Below, piece by piece: positions 49,020-58,069 of a DNA stretch of 64,000 bases. Origin of the DNA: Roseibacillus sp. (lineage in GTDB: Bacteria; Verrucomicrobiota; Verrucomicrobiia; Verrucomicrobiales; Akkermansiaceae); the NCBI GenBank assembly GCA_965242925.1, contig CBDEUM010000029.1:160001-224000 (forward strand). Direction: 5' to 3'. The translations under genes and the position numbers were made by a program. Position 1 is the stretch's first letter, and every line of letters begins with the position of its first letter. Below the pieces are notes generated by a model, which was not told where the DNA came from, searched no databases, and saw nothing but the letters and a program-made list of their open reading frames with translations.

Positions 49020-49769
49020 ATGAGCGTGAAAATCCTCGCCCTTCCTCTTCTCCTTGTCATGGCCCTTGGGGCGATGGTGTTTGCCCAGGTGGACCGCAGG
49101 CCGAAGAAGGCCAGGGTGATCGAGAAAGGAGTAAGCTTCGACCCGGTGGTGCGAAATATGGAAGGCTGGACCGTGCACATTGACCCGGCCCTGCTCGAAG
49201 GCAAGCACGCCCCTGTTGGAGCGAAGTGCCTGCGCATGCTGGGTGATCACCTCAACCGCATCTCCCTCCTGGTGCAGGGTGACGTGCTGGAGAAGCTGAA
49301 GAAGTGTGAGATCTGGATCGAGCACAGGCACCCGTCACTTGGCGGGATGCAGTATCATCCCAGCGAGGGATGGTTGCGGAATAATGGTCATGACCCCCGC
49401 CTGACCAGGAAAGTGCACATTCCACAGGCGGAGGCGCTTCTCTCGCGGGGCCAGTTGCTCAAGCATCCCGCGGTGGTCCTTCATGAACTCGCGCACGCTT
49501 ACCACGACCAGGTTCTCGGTTTCGATTTCAAGCCGGTCGTCGATTCCTTTGAGAAGGCCATGGAGGATGGAACCTACGAGAAGGTTCTTCTGTATACCGG
49601 TCGGACCGTGAGGCACTATGGTGCCACCAACCATAAGGAGTATTTCGCGGAAGGAACAGAGGCCTACTTTTACCGCAACGACTTTTACCCCTTCGTGCGC
49701 GCGGAACTCAAGGAGCACGATCCCACTTTGCACGATGCCTTGAAGGACATCTGGGGTTCCGCTCAATAG
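49020..49769 (+). CDS. Secreted zinc metallopeptidase (HExxH)
   Basis: Signal peptide; LHELAHAYH; YGATNHKEYFAE. Confidence 0.85.
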   Translation: MSVKILALPLLLVMALGAMVFAQVDRRPKKARVIEKGVSFDPVVRNMEGWTVHIDPALLEGKHAPVGAKCLRMLGDHLNRISLLVQGDVLEKLKKCEIWIEHRHPSLGGMQYHPSEGWLRNNGHDPRLTRKVHIPQAEALLSRGQLLKHPAVVLHELAHAYHDQVLGFDFKPVVDSFEKAMEDGTYEKVLLYTGRTVRHYGATNHKEYFAEGTEAYFYRNDFYPFVRAELKEHDPTLHDALKDIWGSAQ

Positions 49770-49883
49770 GAGGCCCTCTGCTGATTCATTCTCGCCAGGG
49801 CTCTCCGGGTCCTCCCGGAGAAGTTTGAGCACGAGCAGGAGGGTGAATGGGTTGTGGATTCAGGATCAGTCCAATAGCTGACC

Positions 49884-52175
49884 CTACAAATCCCTTCCGT
49901 GTAATTGCAGGAGGCGCTTGCCTTCCTTCACCACGAATTCGCAATCCATGAACGGATCGGCACTGATGTCGTGCCAGAGCACCTGGCCGCCCGGGGAGAT
50001 GACGAAAGTGCCGTGGAGGGGCGCCTTCTCAAAGTCGTCGTAGGCGCTCCATTCACGGAAGACGTGCATGGCCGGGTCGGCCACCAGGGGGAACGGAAAA
50101 CTCCCCCCGTCCTTTTCCCACTTCTCCCTGGACTTGCGCAGGTCCCCTTCGCTGTCGCTACTGATGGCGAGAACCTCAAAGCCGGCTTTCTCGAAGAGTT
50201 CGGCGTCCTGGGCGAACTTTTCCAGTTGTTCGGCACAGTGCAGGCAGCCGTAGCCGAGGTAGAAGAGGAGGACCAGGGGCCGTCCCTGGAAGTCCTTTCG
50301 CGAGATGGTCTCACCCTCCCCGTTGGGGAGGGTAAAATCATGGGCCGCCGGGGGCGTCCAGGCCACCGGGCCGAGGGAGTCGAGGGAAGGACGTTCACCC
50401 ACGTCCTCGCGCACCAGGGGTTTGGCCTGCCAGTCACCCAGATTGAGGTCCCCGGCGATTTTCATTACGCGGGCGACCGGCGGGGCTTCCGGGTCGAGGT
50501 AGGCTGAGATCGGCTTGAGAAGGTCGAAGGCCTTTTTCAGCTCCTCCTTCTTGTCGGTGGCATGGAGGATCTCGATGCGGGCGAGGAGGGGAAGAACCCG
50601 CTTTTCCCCGTTCTTGACCGCTTCCTCGCTCAGGCTGAGAGCCTTTTCCGGGTCCCCGGCGCGCAGGTGGAGTCGGGCGAGGGTATACTTGTCGCCCTGC
50701 ACCGCACCGAGGTGCTTTTTGGCCTCCTCGTGGTTGTTTTCAAGCAGGGCCACGAAGCAGCTGAGGGCTTGGCGGGCCTTCTCGACACTGCTGACCCACT
50801 CCCCGGGCTTCTTTCCGGCCTCCTTCACCAGCTTCTTGGTGTCCTTCTCGTTTTTCTTTTCCTTCTCTGCCTTCTCCCGGGCCTCTTTCTCTACCTTCTC
50901 CCTTTCCTCGGTAGCAGTGTTCAGCAGCTTGGCCATTTCCTGATCGACGGATCGCACCCCATCCAGTGATTCCTTCCCGAAGTGCGCATGTCCGAGAAGC
51001 CGGAGACGCTTGAGTTGTTCCTCGCGCTTGGAAGTTGGCTCGAGATAGGGGGTATCGGCCAGGCGGAGCGTTTCGTCCCACAGCTCAAAGCGCTTGAGGA
51101 CCTCGAAGATGCGGCTACGACCGTACTTTGCGCTGCGTCCACCCTTGCTAATAGTGTTCAGCCTGGGGTGGCGTGGATTGGCGAGGAGGCTCCGGGCCAT
51201 CCCGAGGGCATCGTGGGCCCGTCCCAAAGTCATCCAGTTGCGGCAAAGCCACTCGTTATTGTGGGCGTAGTTGTGAATCTGGTCGGGGAGAACCCGGCGT
51301 GTAATCATATACTGGTGATCGGTGCGGGCGGAAGCCTCCTGGGCGAAGGCGGAGTCGTCCCAGCGCTTGAGCTTGGAGTAGATGTGTCCAGGCATGTGCC
51401 ACATATGGGCGATCCCGGAAGCGGTGTGACCGAGCTTGGCTGCGGAATTGAGGGCGACTTTGGCCTTCTTGTTGTCCCACAAGTGGATGCGGTAGTGGTG
51501 CGCCGGGTGCCTGGGATTCACCGCGAAGATCTGCTGCAGGATGGCGTCCACCGCCTGGTGACTGTGGATGGGTAGTCCGCTGCGGCCAAATTGCCAGAGG
51601 CGGACACAGAGAAAAGCGCGGGCTTCAAGGTCATCCGGGTAGTCCTGGATAATGCTTTCGAGATCGTCGATGAGCTCCTGCTTGCGCTTCTTGGCATCCT
51701 TGGGCTCACCATCGAGATAGTTGGCCTGCGCATCGATGTAACGACGGTTGTGCTCAGAGGCGTGCTCCTTCAGTTCGCGGGCCTTTTTGATGAATACCTT
51801 GGCCCGCTTCTCGTTTTCCCAGTTTGCCAGGGCCATGCCCCAGTAAGCCATCGCGCACTTGGGATCCCGGGAGGCGATTTGCCGGAAGGTCCGCTCGGCC
51901 TCGTAGTACCAGAAGCCGTGCAGCTGCCCGACTCCCTGGTTGAAGAATTGCTGTCCCTCCCCCCAGGCGCACTGAACCGGGAAGGAAATCTGGCCGGTAC
52001 CCTCGATGGGCAGGGCGGAGTGTCGTGGGCCCTCATTGAAGGCTTCACCCTGGTGGGAGTGCCCCGCCTTCGGCTTGTTCTCGGCGGCGGCCTCCTCCGG
52101 TTTTTCCTCGGCCAAGGTCAGGAGGGGAGTGATGCCGAGCAGGGTTGTCAGGATGAAGTGGCGATTCAGGATCAC
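49884..52175 (-). CDS. TPR-like helical protein fused to a C-terminal redoxin (AhpC/TSA) domain
   Basis: FFNQGVGQLHGFWYYEAERTF; HYRIH; HMPGH; FYLGYGCLHCAEQL; FPLVADP. Confidence 0.85.
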   Translation of the reverse strand: MILNRHFILTTLLGITPLLTLAEEKPEEAAAENKPKAGHSHQGEAFNEGPRHSALPIEGTGQISFPVQCAWGEGQQFFNQGVGQLHGFWYYEAERTFRQIASRDPKCAMAYWGMALANWENEKRAKVFIKKARELKEHASEHNRRYIDAQANYLDGEPKDAKKRKQELIDDLESIIQDYPDDLEARAFLCVRLWQFGRSGLPIHSHQAVDAILQQIFAVNPRHPAHHYRIHLWDNKKAKVALNSAAKLGHTASGIAHMWHMPGHIYSKLKRWDDSAFAQEASARTDHQYMITRRVLPDQIHNYAHNNEWLCRNWMTLGRAHDALGMARSLLANPRHPRLNTISKGGRSAKYGRSRIFEVLKRFELWDETLRLADTPYLEPTSKREEQLKRLRLLGHAHFGKESLDGVRSVDQEMAKLLNTATEEREKVEKEAREKAEKEKKNEKDTKKLVKEAGKKPGEWVSSVEKARQALSCFVALLENNHEEAKKHLGAVQGDKYTLARLHLRAGDPEKALSLSEEAVKNGEKRVLPLLARIEILHATDKKEELKKAFDLLKPISAYLDPEAPPVARVMKIAGDLNLGDWQAKPLVREDVGERPSLDSLGPVAWTPPAAHDFTLPNGEGETISRKDFQGRPLVLLFYLGYGCLHCAEQLEKFAQDAELFEKAGFEVLAISSDSEGDLRKSREKWEKDGGSFPFPLVADPAMHVFREWSAYDDFEKAPLHGTFVISPGGQVLWHDISADPFMDCEFVVKEGKRLLQLHGRDL

Positions 52176-52502
52176 GGGCTCAATACGAACATGGTTGGCC
52201 CCTTTCTACCAAGTGGAATTACCGTGGAAACCGGAGGAGATCCCCTGGCTGGGGGTGAAAAACCGCGTTGCTTCCTGACTCTTCATTGTTCTCCGCAGGG
52301 TCCATGCTCCGTGGAAGACACTCTGTTCGTCCTCTCCGGGAACGTAAGTCAGGTGAAGCATCGTCAACCCGCCGGGATAGGTCGTGGTTGCGATCCTGCC
52401 ATCCGCCGATTTCGGATTGGTTCCAAACTGAAGGGATTCCTTTGTGGTGGGCTGGGCGGTCCGCCTCTTGACGCCGGCCATCCGGGCCAGTAAGCAGGCC
52501 GC

Positions 52503-53921
52503 ATGCCTGCGTTCCGCATTTTTTGGCTTGGCGGCCTGCTGATCAGCCCTCTGGCAGCAGAAAAAAGAGATCCGGACGGTTGGCAGGGGAGCGGGAACGT
52601 GGGTCTGACGCTGGCGACCGGAAACTCGGACTCTCTCCGTGCCACCGCGGGCCTGGATGTCACGCGGACGTTGGGCCCCTGGGAATCACTGGCCGCAGCC
52701 TCGGTCCTGTATGGAGAGGACGACGGGGTGAGCTCCAACGAGCGCTTGGAGGGCTCGCTTCAGCTCAATCGCAGATTCGGCAGGCGAGTCTACGCCGGTC
52801 TCACCAGTGAATTCCTCTACGATCCACTGGCCGGGATCGACTGGCGCTTCGCGGTCACGCCCCTTCTGGGGTGGCGGGCGGTCGATGAGGAGCGTCTCAA
52901 GCTCATTCTGGAAGCGGGACCCGGCTATACGTGGGAGGATCGTGATGCAGGGCCCCGTGGCTACAGTTCGGTTCGCCTGCATGAGCGCCTGAGCTTTCAG
53001 GTGACGGAAGAGGCTCGAATTTTCCAGTCCCTGACCGCCTTACTGGAGGCTGAAGACCCCGGCAACTTCATCCTCACCGCGGAGGCCGGAGTAGAATCGA
53101 AATTGGCAGGGAGGTGGTCGCTGCGGGTGGCGGGCAAGGCTGTTTACTATGGCGAGGCGCAGGGAAGCCGCGGCGAAGACCTGCTGGTGACTGCTGGTTT
53201 CGGATACAACCATTTCCCCGAATCCCATGAAGAGGGCTCCCCGGAGTCCACTCTCAGAGGGGTGGAGCTGGGAGAGGGCAGGTGGACCATCACCGCACTC
53301 CTTGGTGGAAGTTACTCCCGGGGCAACAGCGAGGCGCGCTCGATCAACACTGGCCTGAAGTTGAAGAGGGAAGGGGAGGGGGACGAATTCGCGGCAGGAT
53401 TCCTTGGGAGCTATGGTGAGCGGAAGGGGGAAATCAGCGCGGAAACACTGGCTGCCGATGCCCACTACCAGCGCGACTTGCGGAACAAGTGGTTCGCGGG
53501 ACTGCGTGGTGATTTTGATCATGATGCGCCTGCCGAAGTGGAATGGCGGATTGCCGGCACACCCTACGCCGGGTGGCGTTTGCTTGAGACTGAGCGCAGT
53601 AAGCTCACGATAGAAGGCGGCCCCTCCTTCGTGACCGAGCAGCAGGGCGGGAGAGAGAACATGTTTTCGGGCGCCTATGCCGGAGTGAAGGGTGAACACA
53701 AGTTGGTTGCGGGGACCCGTCTCTTCGTCGAACTGTCCTGGCTGGGCGAAACGGCCGACTGGAAGAGCTATCTCCTTACTTCTGAGGTGGGGATAGATCA
53801 TGCCCTCTCCGACAAGCTCAGCCTGCAGGTAATTGGGCGTAACACCTACGATAGCACCCCGGCCTCCGGCCGGGAGCGGCATGACTTCCAGGTTGTGAGC
53901 GCGCTGGGAGTGACTTTTTGA
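52503..53921 (+). CDS. Outer-membrane beta-barrel with two tandem DUF481 (YdiY-like) domains
   Basis: Two homologous halves of about 230 aa (G..L..GNS... / GGSYSRGNS...; LEAGPG / IEGGPS); terminal LGVTF beta-signal. Confidence 0.82.
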   Translation: MPAFRIFWLGGLLISPLAAEKRDPDGWQGSGNVGLTLATGNSDSLRATAGLDVTRTLGPWESLAAASVLYGEDDGVSSNERLEGSLQLNRRFGRRVYAGLTSEFLYDPLAGIDWRFAVTPLLGWRAVDEERLKLILEAGPGYTWEDRDAGPRGYSSVRLHERLSFQVTEEARIFQSLTALLEAEDPGNFILTAEAGVESKLAGRWSLRVAGKAVYYGEAQGSRGEDLLVTAGFGYNHFPESHEEGSPESTLRGVELGEGRWTITALLGGSYSRGNSEARSINTGLKLKREGEGDEFAAGFLGSYGERKGEISAETLAADAHYQRDLRNKWFAGLRGDFDHDAPAEVEWRIAGTPYAGWRLLETERSKLTIEGGPSFVTEQQGGRENMFSGAYAGVKGEHKLVAGTRLFVELSWLGETADWKSYLLTSEVGIDHALSDKLSLQVIGRNTYDSTPASGRERHDFQVVSALGVTF

Positions 53922-54560
53922 ACGGTCTGTTCTACGGTCCAAGGAGGCCTCAAAAGGAAGGAAAACCTGCAAAAAAGGTTTTCGGATGGCATGCCGGCGG
54001 AAGAAATGCAGCGGGCGGGGATCTTTTTTTGTGGCCGGTCCAGCGGGAGTGGGAACTGATTTTTTAAATTATTCCAGCGGTCCGCAGGGCCGGGGACTGG
54101 TCGGGTGCACTCTGGTTGGGGGGCTGCGAACGGTTGCGTCCCGGATCGGGGGGCTGATGGATGGGGGACCCCCGTGATTCGCTCGGAATGAGGCCTCGAA
54201 AGCTGCAGTATCCGGATAGCGGGGTGACCGGGAGGCCCCCTGTTGAGCCAATCTGCGGCACGATGATCTGTTAGAGGGAGCCCGGGTGCCGGTCATCACG
54301 TTTTGGGGGTAGTCGAGGCCGAAGAACGTCTGACCCGGTACCATTTCTGGAAGTTTCAGGGCCCCCGGACTGTTCTTCACATTGCCTCACATCGCTCATT
54401 TCCCGGGGGGGCATTGTTCCAGGAGTCCATGCCGGAAGGGGTCGACATAAAATATTATTCACGGAGGTCGTAGTGAAATGCTTGACGGAAACCTCGGAAA
54501 TTCATGGGTTTCTCACGCGAAGTTTCATTCGAACTCAAATCAATAATAGAACCAATAATC

Positions 54561-54875
54561 ATGTCCCAGAAAGCAGCAACTAAGACGGAGATCCTCAACA
54601 ATATAGCAGAAGCCACCGGCTTCAACCGCAAGCAAGTTGCCTCGGTGCTTGATGCGCTGAGTGGTGAGATCAACAAGGGAGTGAGCAGGGGCGGACCGGG
54701 ACAGTTTACTATCCCCGGGCTCTGCAAAATCGTTGTGCAGGATAAGCCAGCTACGGAGGCGGCTATCCGTCCGAATCCGTTCAAGCCGGGCGAAATGATG
54801 GAAGTTAAGGCCAAGGCGGCCCGCAGGGTCGTCAAGGTGCGCCCGCTCAAGAACCTGAAAGACATGGTCGCCTAG
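54561..54875 (+). CDS. HU/IHF family DNA-binding protein
   Basis: TKTEILNNIAEATG...FTIPGL...RPNPFKPGE...KAKAARRVVKVRPLKNLKD. Confidence 0.92.
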   Translation: MSQKAATKTEILNNIAEATGFNRKQVASVLDALSGEINKGVSRGGPGQFTIPGLCKIVVQDKPATEAAIRPNPFKPGEMMEVKAKAARRVVKVRPLKNLKDMVA

Positions 54876-54904
54876 GCAGCGGTCAACAGACAAATCCTTC
54901 GTGG

Positions 54905-54939
54905 ACCGCGCTCTTTCCAGGAGCGCGGTTCTCGTTTTT
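54905..54939 (+). terminator. Intrinsic terminator after HU
   Basis: 9-bp stem ACCGCGCTC/GAGCGCGGT with a 7-nt loop, followed by TCTCGTTTTT. Confidence 0.7.
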
Positions 54940-55003
54940 GGGGATGATTGCAGGGGGCCGTTTCACTCTTGCCTCCCGGGTTTGATCCCCCAATCCTTGC
55001 GAG

Positions 55004-55375
55004 ATGGCCGATCACAGCAGCATCGTCAGTATCCACCCCTATTTCAAGATCCACGAGGGCAAGTTGGATGAGGTGAAGGACCTCCTGCCTGAGTTTGTCG
55101 CCAAGGTGGAAAACGAGGAGGCTGCCCTCTACTATAATTTCACGCTGAACGGAGATGAACTGTTCTGCCGTGAAGGCTACGTGGGAGCCGCCGGAGCTCT
55201 CGCTCATGTCGAGAACGTGGGACCGGAACTGGATCGGCTCTTCAGCCTGGCCGAGATGATCCGCATTGAAATACACGGTCCCGCCGAAGAACTCGAGAAT
55301 CTCAGGGAGCCCTTCGCGGCCCTCAACCCGACCTGGTGGAATTACCAGTGCGGACTCACCGACCAGGGGGAGTAA
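55004..55375 (+). CDS. Dimeric alpha-beta barrel (ABM-like) hypothetical protein
   Basis: VSIHPYFKI...LYYNF...CREGY..A.GALAH..NVG. Confidence 0.7.
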   Translation: MADHSSIVSIHPYFKIHEGKLDEVKDLLPEFVAKVENEEAALYYNFTLNGDELFCREGYVGAAGALAHVENVGPELDRLFSLAEMIRIEIHGPAEELENLREPFAALNPTWWNYQCGLTDQGE

Positions 55376-55417
55376 CGCTATCCCCGGAAATGCGGGCCAG
55401 GAAACAGGATCGTTGAG

Positions 55418-56194
55418 ATGAACGTTGTCGCCCTGCAGTTCGATATCGCCTGGGAGAACCGGAAGGCCAATTTCGATACGGTCCGGCGTCTTCTCACCAA
55501 GTCCGCTGTTTCTCCGGGGTCGCTCATCGTGCTTCCTGAGATGTTTTCCACTGGCTTCAGCATGGATGTTTCCAAGTTGGCGGAAGGGAAGAGGAGCGAG
55601 ACCGAGAAATTCCTCTCGTCCTTGGCCTGGCAGTATGAAAGCCACGTCATCGGAGGCCTCGTGAGCAAAGACCCCTCTTCAGCGATGGGTCGCAACGAGC
55701 TGGCAGTCTACGATCCCTCCGGGCGCCCGGTGGCTCTCTACCAGAAGAATCATACCTTCTCCTACACGGATGAATCGAGGCATTATCTCCCGGGGGATGG
55801 ACTGGCCATGTTCCGCTGGCACGACTTTACGGTCTGTCCGGTGATCTGTTACGATCTCCGCTTTCCGGAGCTCTTTCGCAAGGGCGTGCGCAACGGAGCC
55901 GATCTCTTCACGGTCAGTGCGAACTGGCCGGTCGCACGGTTCCGGCACTGGAAGACCCTGCTGGATGCACGGGCGATTGAAAACCTCGCCTACGTGGTGG
56001 GCGTTAACCGGGTGGGGAGCGATCCCCGCTTCCGCTATCCCGGGGGGTCGCGCATCGTGGACCACCACGGGAGCCTTCTGGCGGAAGCTGGTGACTCCGA
56101 GGGGGTGCTCTCCTGCGAGCTGGATCACGCCGATCTGGTTGCCTGGCGACGGGAATTCCCTGCCCTCGATGACATCAAGGACCAGGCGCCATAA
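55418..56194 (+). CDS. Carbon-nitrogen hydrolase (nitrilase family, YafV-like amidase)
   Basis: E-K-C triad: LPEMF, YQK.H, ICYDLRFPE; ARAIEN. Confidence 0.92.
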   Translation: MNVVALQFDIAWENRKANFDTVRRLLTKSAVSPGSLIVLPEMFSTGFSMDVSKLAEGKRSETEKFLSSLAWQYESHVIGGLVSKDPSSAMGRNELAVYDPSGRPVALYQKNHTFSYTDESRHYLPGDGLAMFRWHDFTVCPVICYDLRFPELFRKGVRNGADLFTVSANWPVARFRHWKTLLDARAIENLAYVVGVNRVGSDPRFRYPGGSRIVDHHGSLLAEAGDSEGVLSCELDHADLVAWRREFPALDDIKDQAP

Positions 56195-56249
56195 TCCCAT
56201 GAGATAGTTGTCGCGAAGGCAGGCGCCGCGGGCCTGATTCCGCAATCCG

Positions 56250-56906
56250 CTATTTCCAGTCGTCGCCTATCCTCTTGCGGTAAGCCGCGATGTCCTTGTT
56301 TCCGTAGTAAGCAATCAGAATGGCGCCATCGGCGGCCACGGTTTCGAAGAGGTCGTGCATGAGCTCCTGTTCCCCGGGCCACGGGTAGACGTAGAAGACG
56401 TCGATCTCGTCCACCTCACAATCCATCCCCTCGTAGGGGGGGACGGTTGTGGCGGCTTCCTCCCAGCGCGAATCGGGTTCAGGGACCATCAACTCCGCTC
56501 CTCCCTGGGCGGGGTAGGATTCGTAGCCCTCGGGGAAATAGCTCGTGCAGAGGTTTTCGACCGTGATCCCGTGATCGCCGGCCAGTTGCCTCGCGAGCGC
56601 GACAAGGTCTTCTTCGATCTCCAGTCCGTAAGCCCGGTAGCCGAGGAGGGAGGCCAGGCAGGCACCCACGCCGAAGCCACTGCCCCACTCGCAGAACGTC
56701 CGTCCGGCGGGGAGATCCTCCTCGGTGAGAAACCTCAGGACATGGTAGAGGAGAACAGGATCGCTGGGGAGGAAGCGGGGGACCCTGCGGTTGCGGTTGG
56801 TGTCGAAGAGATGATCGAGGCGGTGCTCCGCATCCTCGATGAGGGAGGAAACCCGGGGAGGGAGTTCGGATTCGTCGATTACCAGGACGATCTCTTCCAA
56901 GGCCAT
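56250..56906 (-). CDS. Class I SAM-dependent methyltransferase-like protein
   Basis: FCEWGSGFG, YGLEIE, YVYPWP; start M at 56906. Confidence 0.78.
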   Translation of the reverse strand: MALEEIVLVIDESELPPRVSSLIEDAEHRLDHLFDTNRNRRVPRFLPSDPVLLYHVLRFLTEEDLPAGRTFCEWGSGFGVGACLASLLGYRAYGLEIEEDLVALARQLAGDHGITVENLCTSYFPEGYESYPAQGGAELMVPEPDSRWEEAATTVPPYEGMDCEVDEIDVFYVYPWPGEQELMHDLFETVAADGAILIAYYGNKDIAAYRKRIGDDWK

Positions 56907-56996
56907 CCCCTGCAGTGTGCGTGCCTGCCATTCCCTTGTCGATGCATGGGACCAAATTCCTCGACTCTGCAAAGGATCCGGCGGACATTCGCATCC

Positions 56997-57500
56997 TTGA
57001 AGGAGGTGGAGATTTTTACCGACGGTGCCTGCCGTGGGAATCCGGGACCTGGCGGCTACGGGGTCGTTCTCAAGTCCGGGACACATCGCAGGGAACTGAG
57101 CGGGGGATTCGCCCGCACCACCAACAACCGCATGGAATTACTTGCCGCTATCGCAGGACTTGAAGAATTGAAACAGCCCTGCCGGGTGACGGTCTCGTCG
57201 GATTCAAGATACCTCGTCAATTCCATGACTCGCGGCTGGTTGCAAAAATGGAAGGGCCTCGGCTGGCGACGGGGGCCTGGCCAGCGGCTCCGCAACGAGG
57301 ATCTCTGGAAGCGTCTCGATGCGGTATGCGGGGGGCACGAACTTCACTGGGAGTGGGTCAAGGGCCACGCCGGTCATGCCGAGAACGAGTGCTGCGACGC
57401 CCTTGCCGTGGAAGCGGCGGAAGACAAGGGACTTCCCGCTGATGAAGGCTACCTGGATGAGGAGCAACTTGCAGGAGAAGAACCCGGCCTCTTTGACTGA
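56997..57500 (+). CDS. rnhA: Ribonuclease HI
   Basis: TTG start; FTDGACRGNPGPGG, TNNRMEL, SDSRY, NEDLW, WVKGHAGHAENECCD. Confidence 0.96.
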   Translation: MKEVEIFTDGACRGNPGPGGYGVVLKSGTHRRELSGGFARTTNNRMELLAAIAGLEELKQPCRVTVSSDSRYLVNSMTRGWLQKWKGLGWRRGPGQRLRNEDLWKRLDAVCGGHELHWEWVKGHAGHAENECCDALAVEAAEDKGLPADEGYLDEEQLAGEEPGLFD

Positions 57501-57572
57501 GAGCAGGGTCTCCCTCCGGGCGAACCACGGGCGTGCGGGGCCGGAGCGGGCTCATCCTCCGAAGAAGGTATT

Positions 57573-57983
57573 TCACTTCTCGAGAAAGGAGGCCAGCTTC
57601 TCCGGCTCGGGGTTGCCGAGCCAGAGCACCGCGTCATCCCGGGTGATGATCTCCAGAGCTCTTCCTTGAAAGCAAACCCAGATCTTGTGTCTCCGCTTCC
57701 TCAGGGGAACATCGATCACCTCAATGCTTTTGATCTCAGAGAGGGGAATCGTTTTCTTCAGGATGCCGATTCCCAGCTGAGCCTCGAGTTTTTCCCCGGT
57801 GACCCGGACCGTCAGCGGGTTCCAGAAACAGGGAATCAGAATCGCCCACGGGGCTACCCAGATGATGTGAAACCAGGCTCCGCTGACAGCCAACAGGCAG
57901 GACAGGCATACCAGTAACACCGTACTAAAGGACAGCCACCAGGACTTATCGGTTCTGCGATAGACGTCGTCGGTCGAATCCAT
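57573..57983 (-). CDS. Small membrane protein with bacterial PH-like C-terminal domain
   Basis: Two TM segments, then LTVRVTGEKL...IPLSEIKSIE...NPEPEKLASFL. Confidence 0.6.
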   Translation of the reverse strand: MDSTDDVYRRTDKSWWLSFSTVLLVCLSCLLAVSGAWFHIIWVAPWAILIPCFWNPLTVRVTGEKLEAQLGIGILKKTIPLSEIKSIEVIDVPLRKRRHKIWVCFQGRALEIITRDDAVLWLGNPEPEKLASFLEK

Positions 57984-58069
57984 GGAATCAACTTTACGAG
58001 GAAACCACTGATTGCCCAAGGGAGATCTCGGGCCTCGCCTTCCTGCCCTGGCAGCTTCCCGGGGTGCGG

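Noticed and set aside
50230..50270. Selenocysteine in the redoxin motif
   Set aside because: Both positions are Cys codons (CLHC), with no in-frame TGA.
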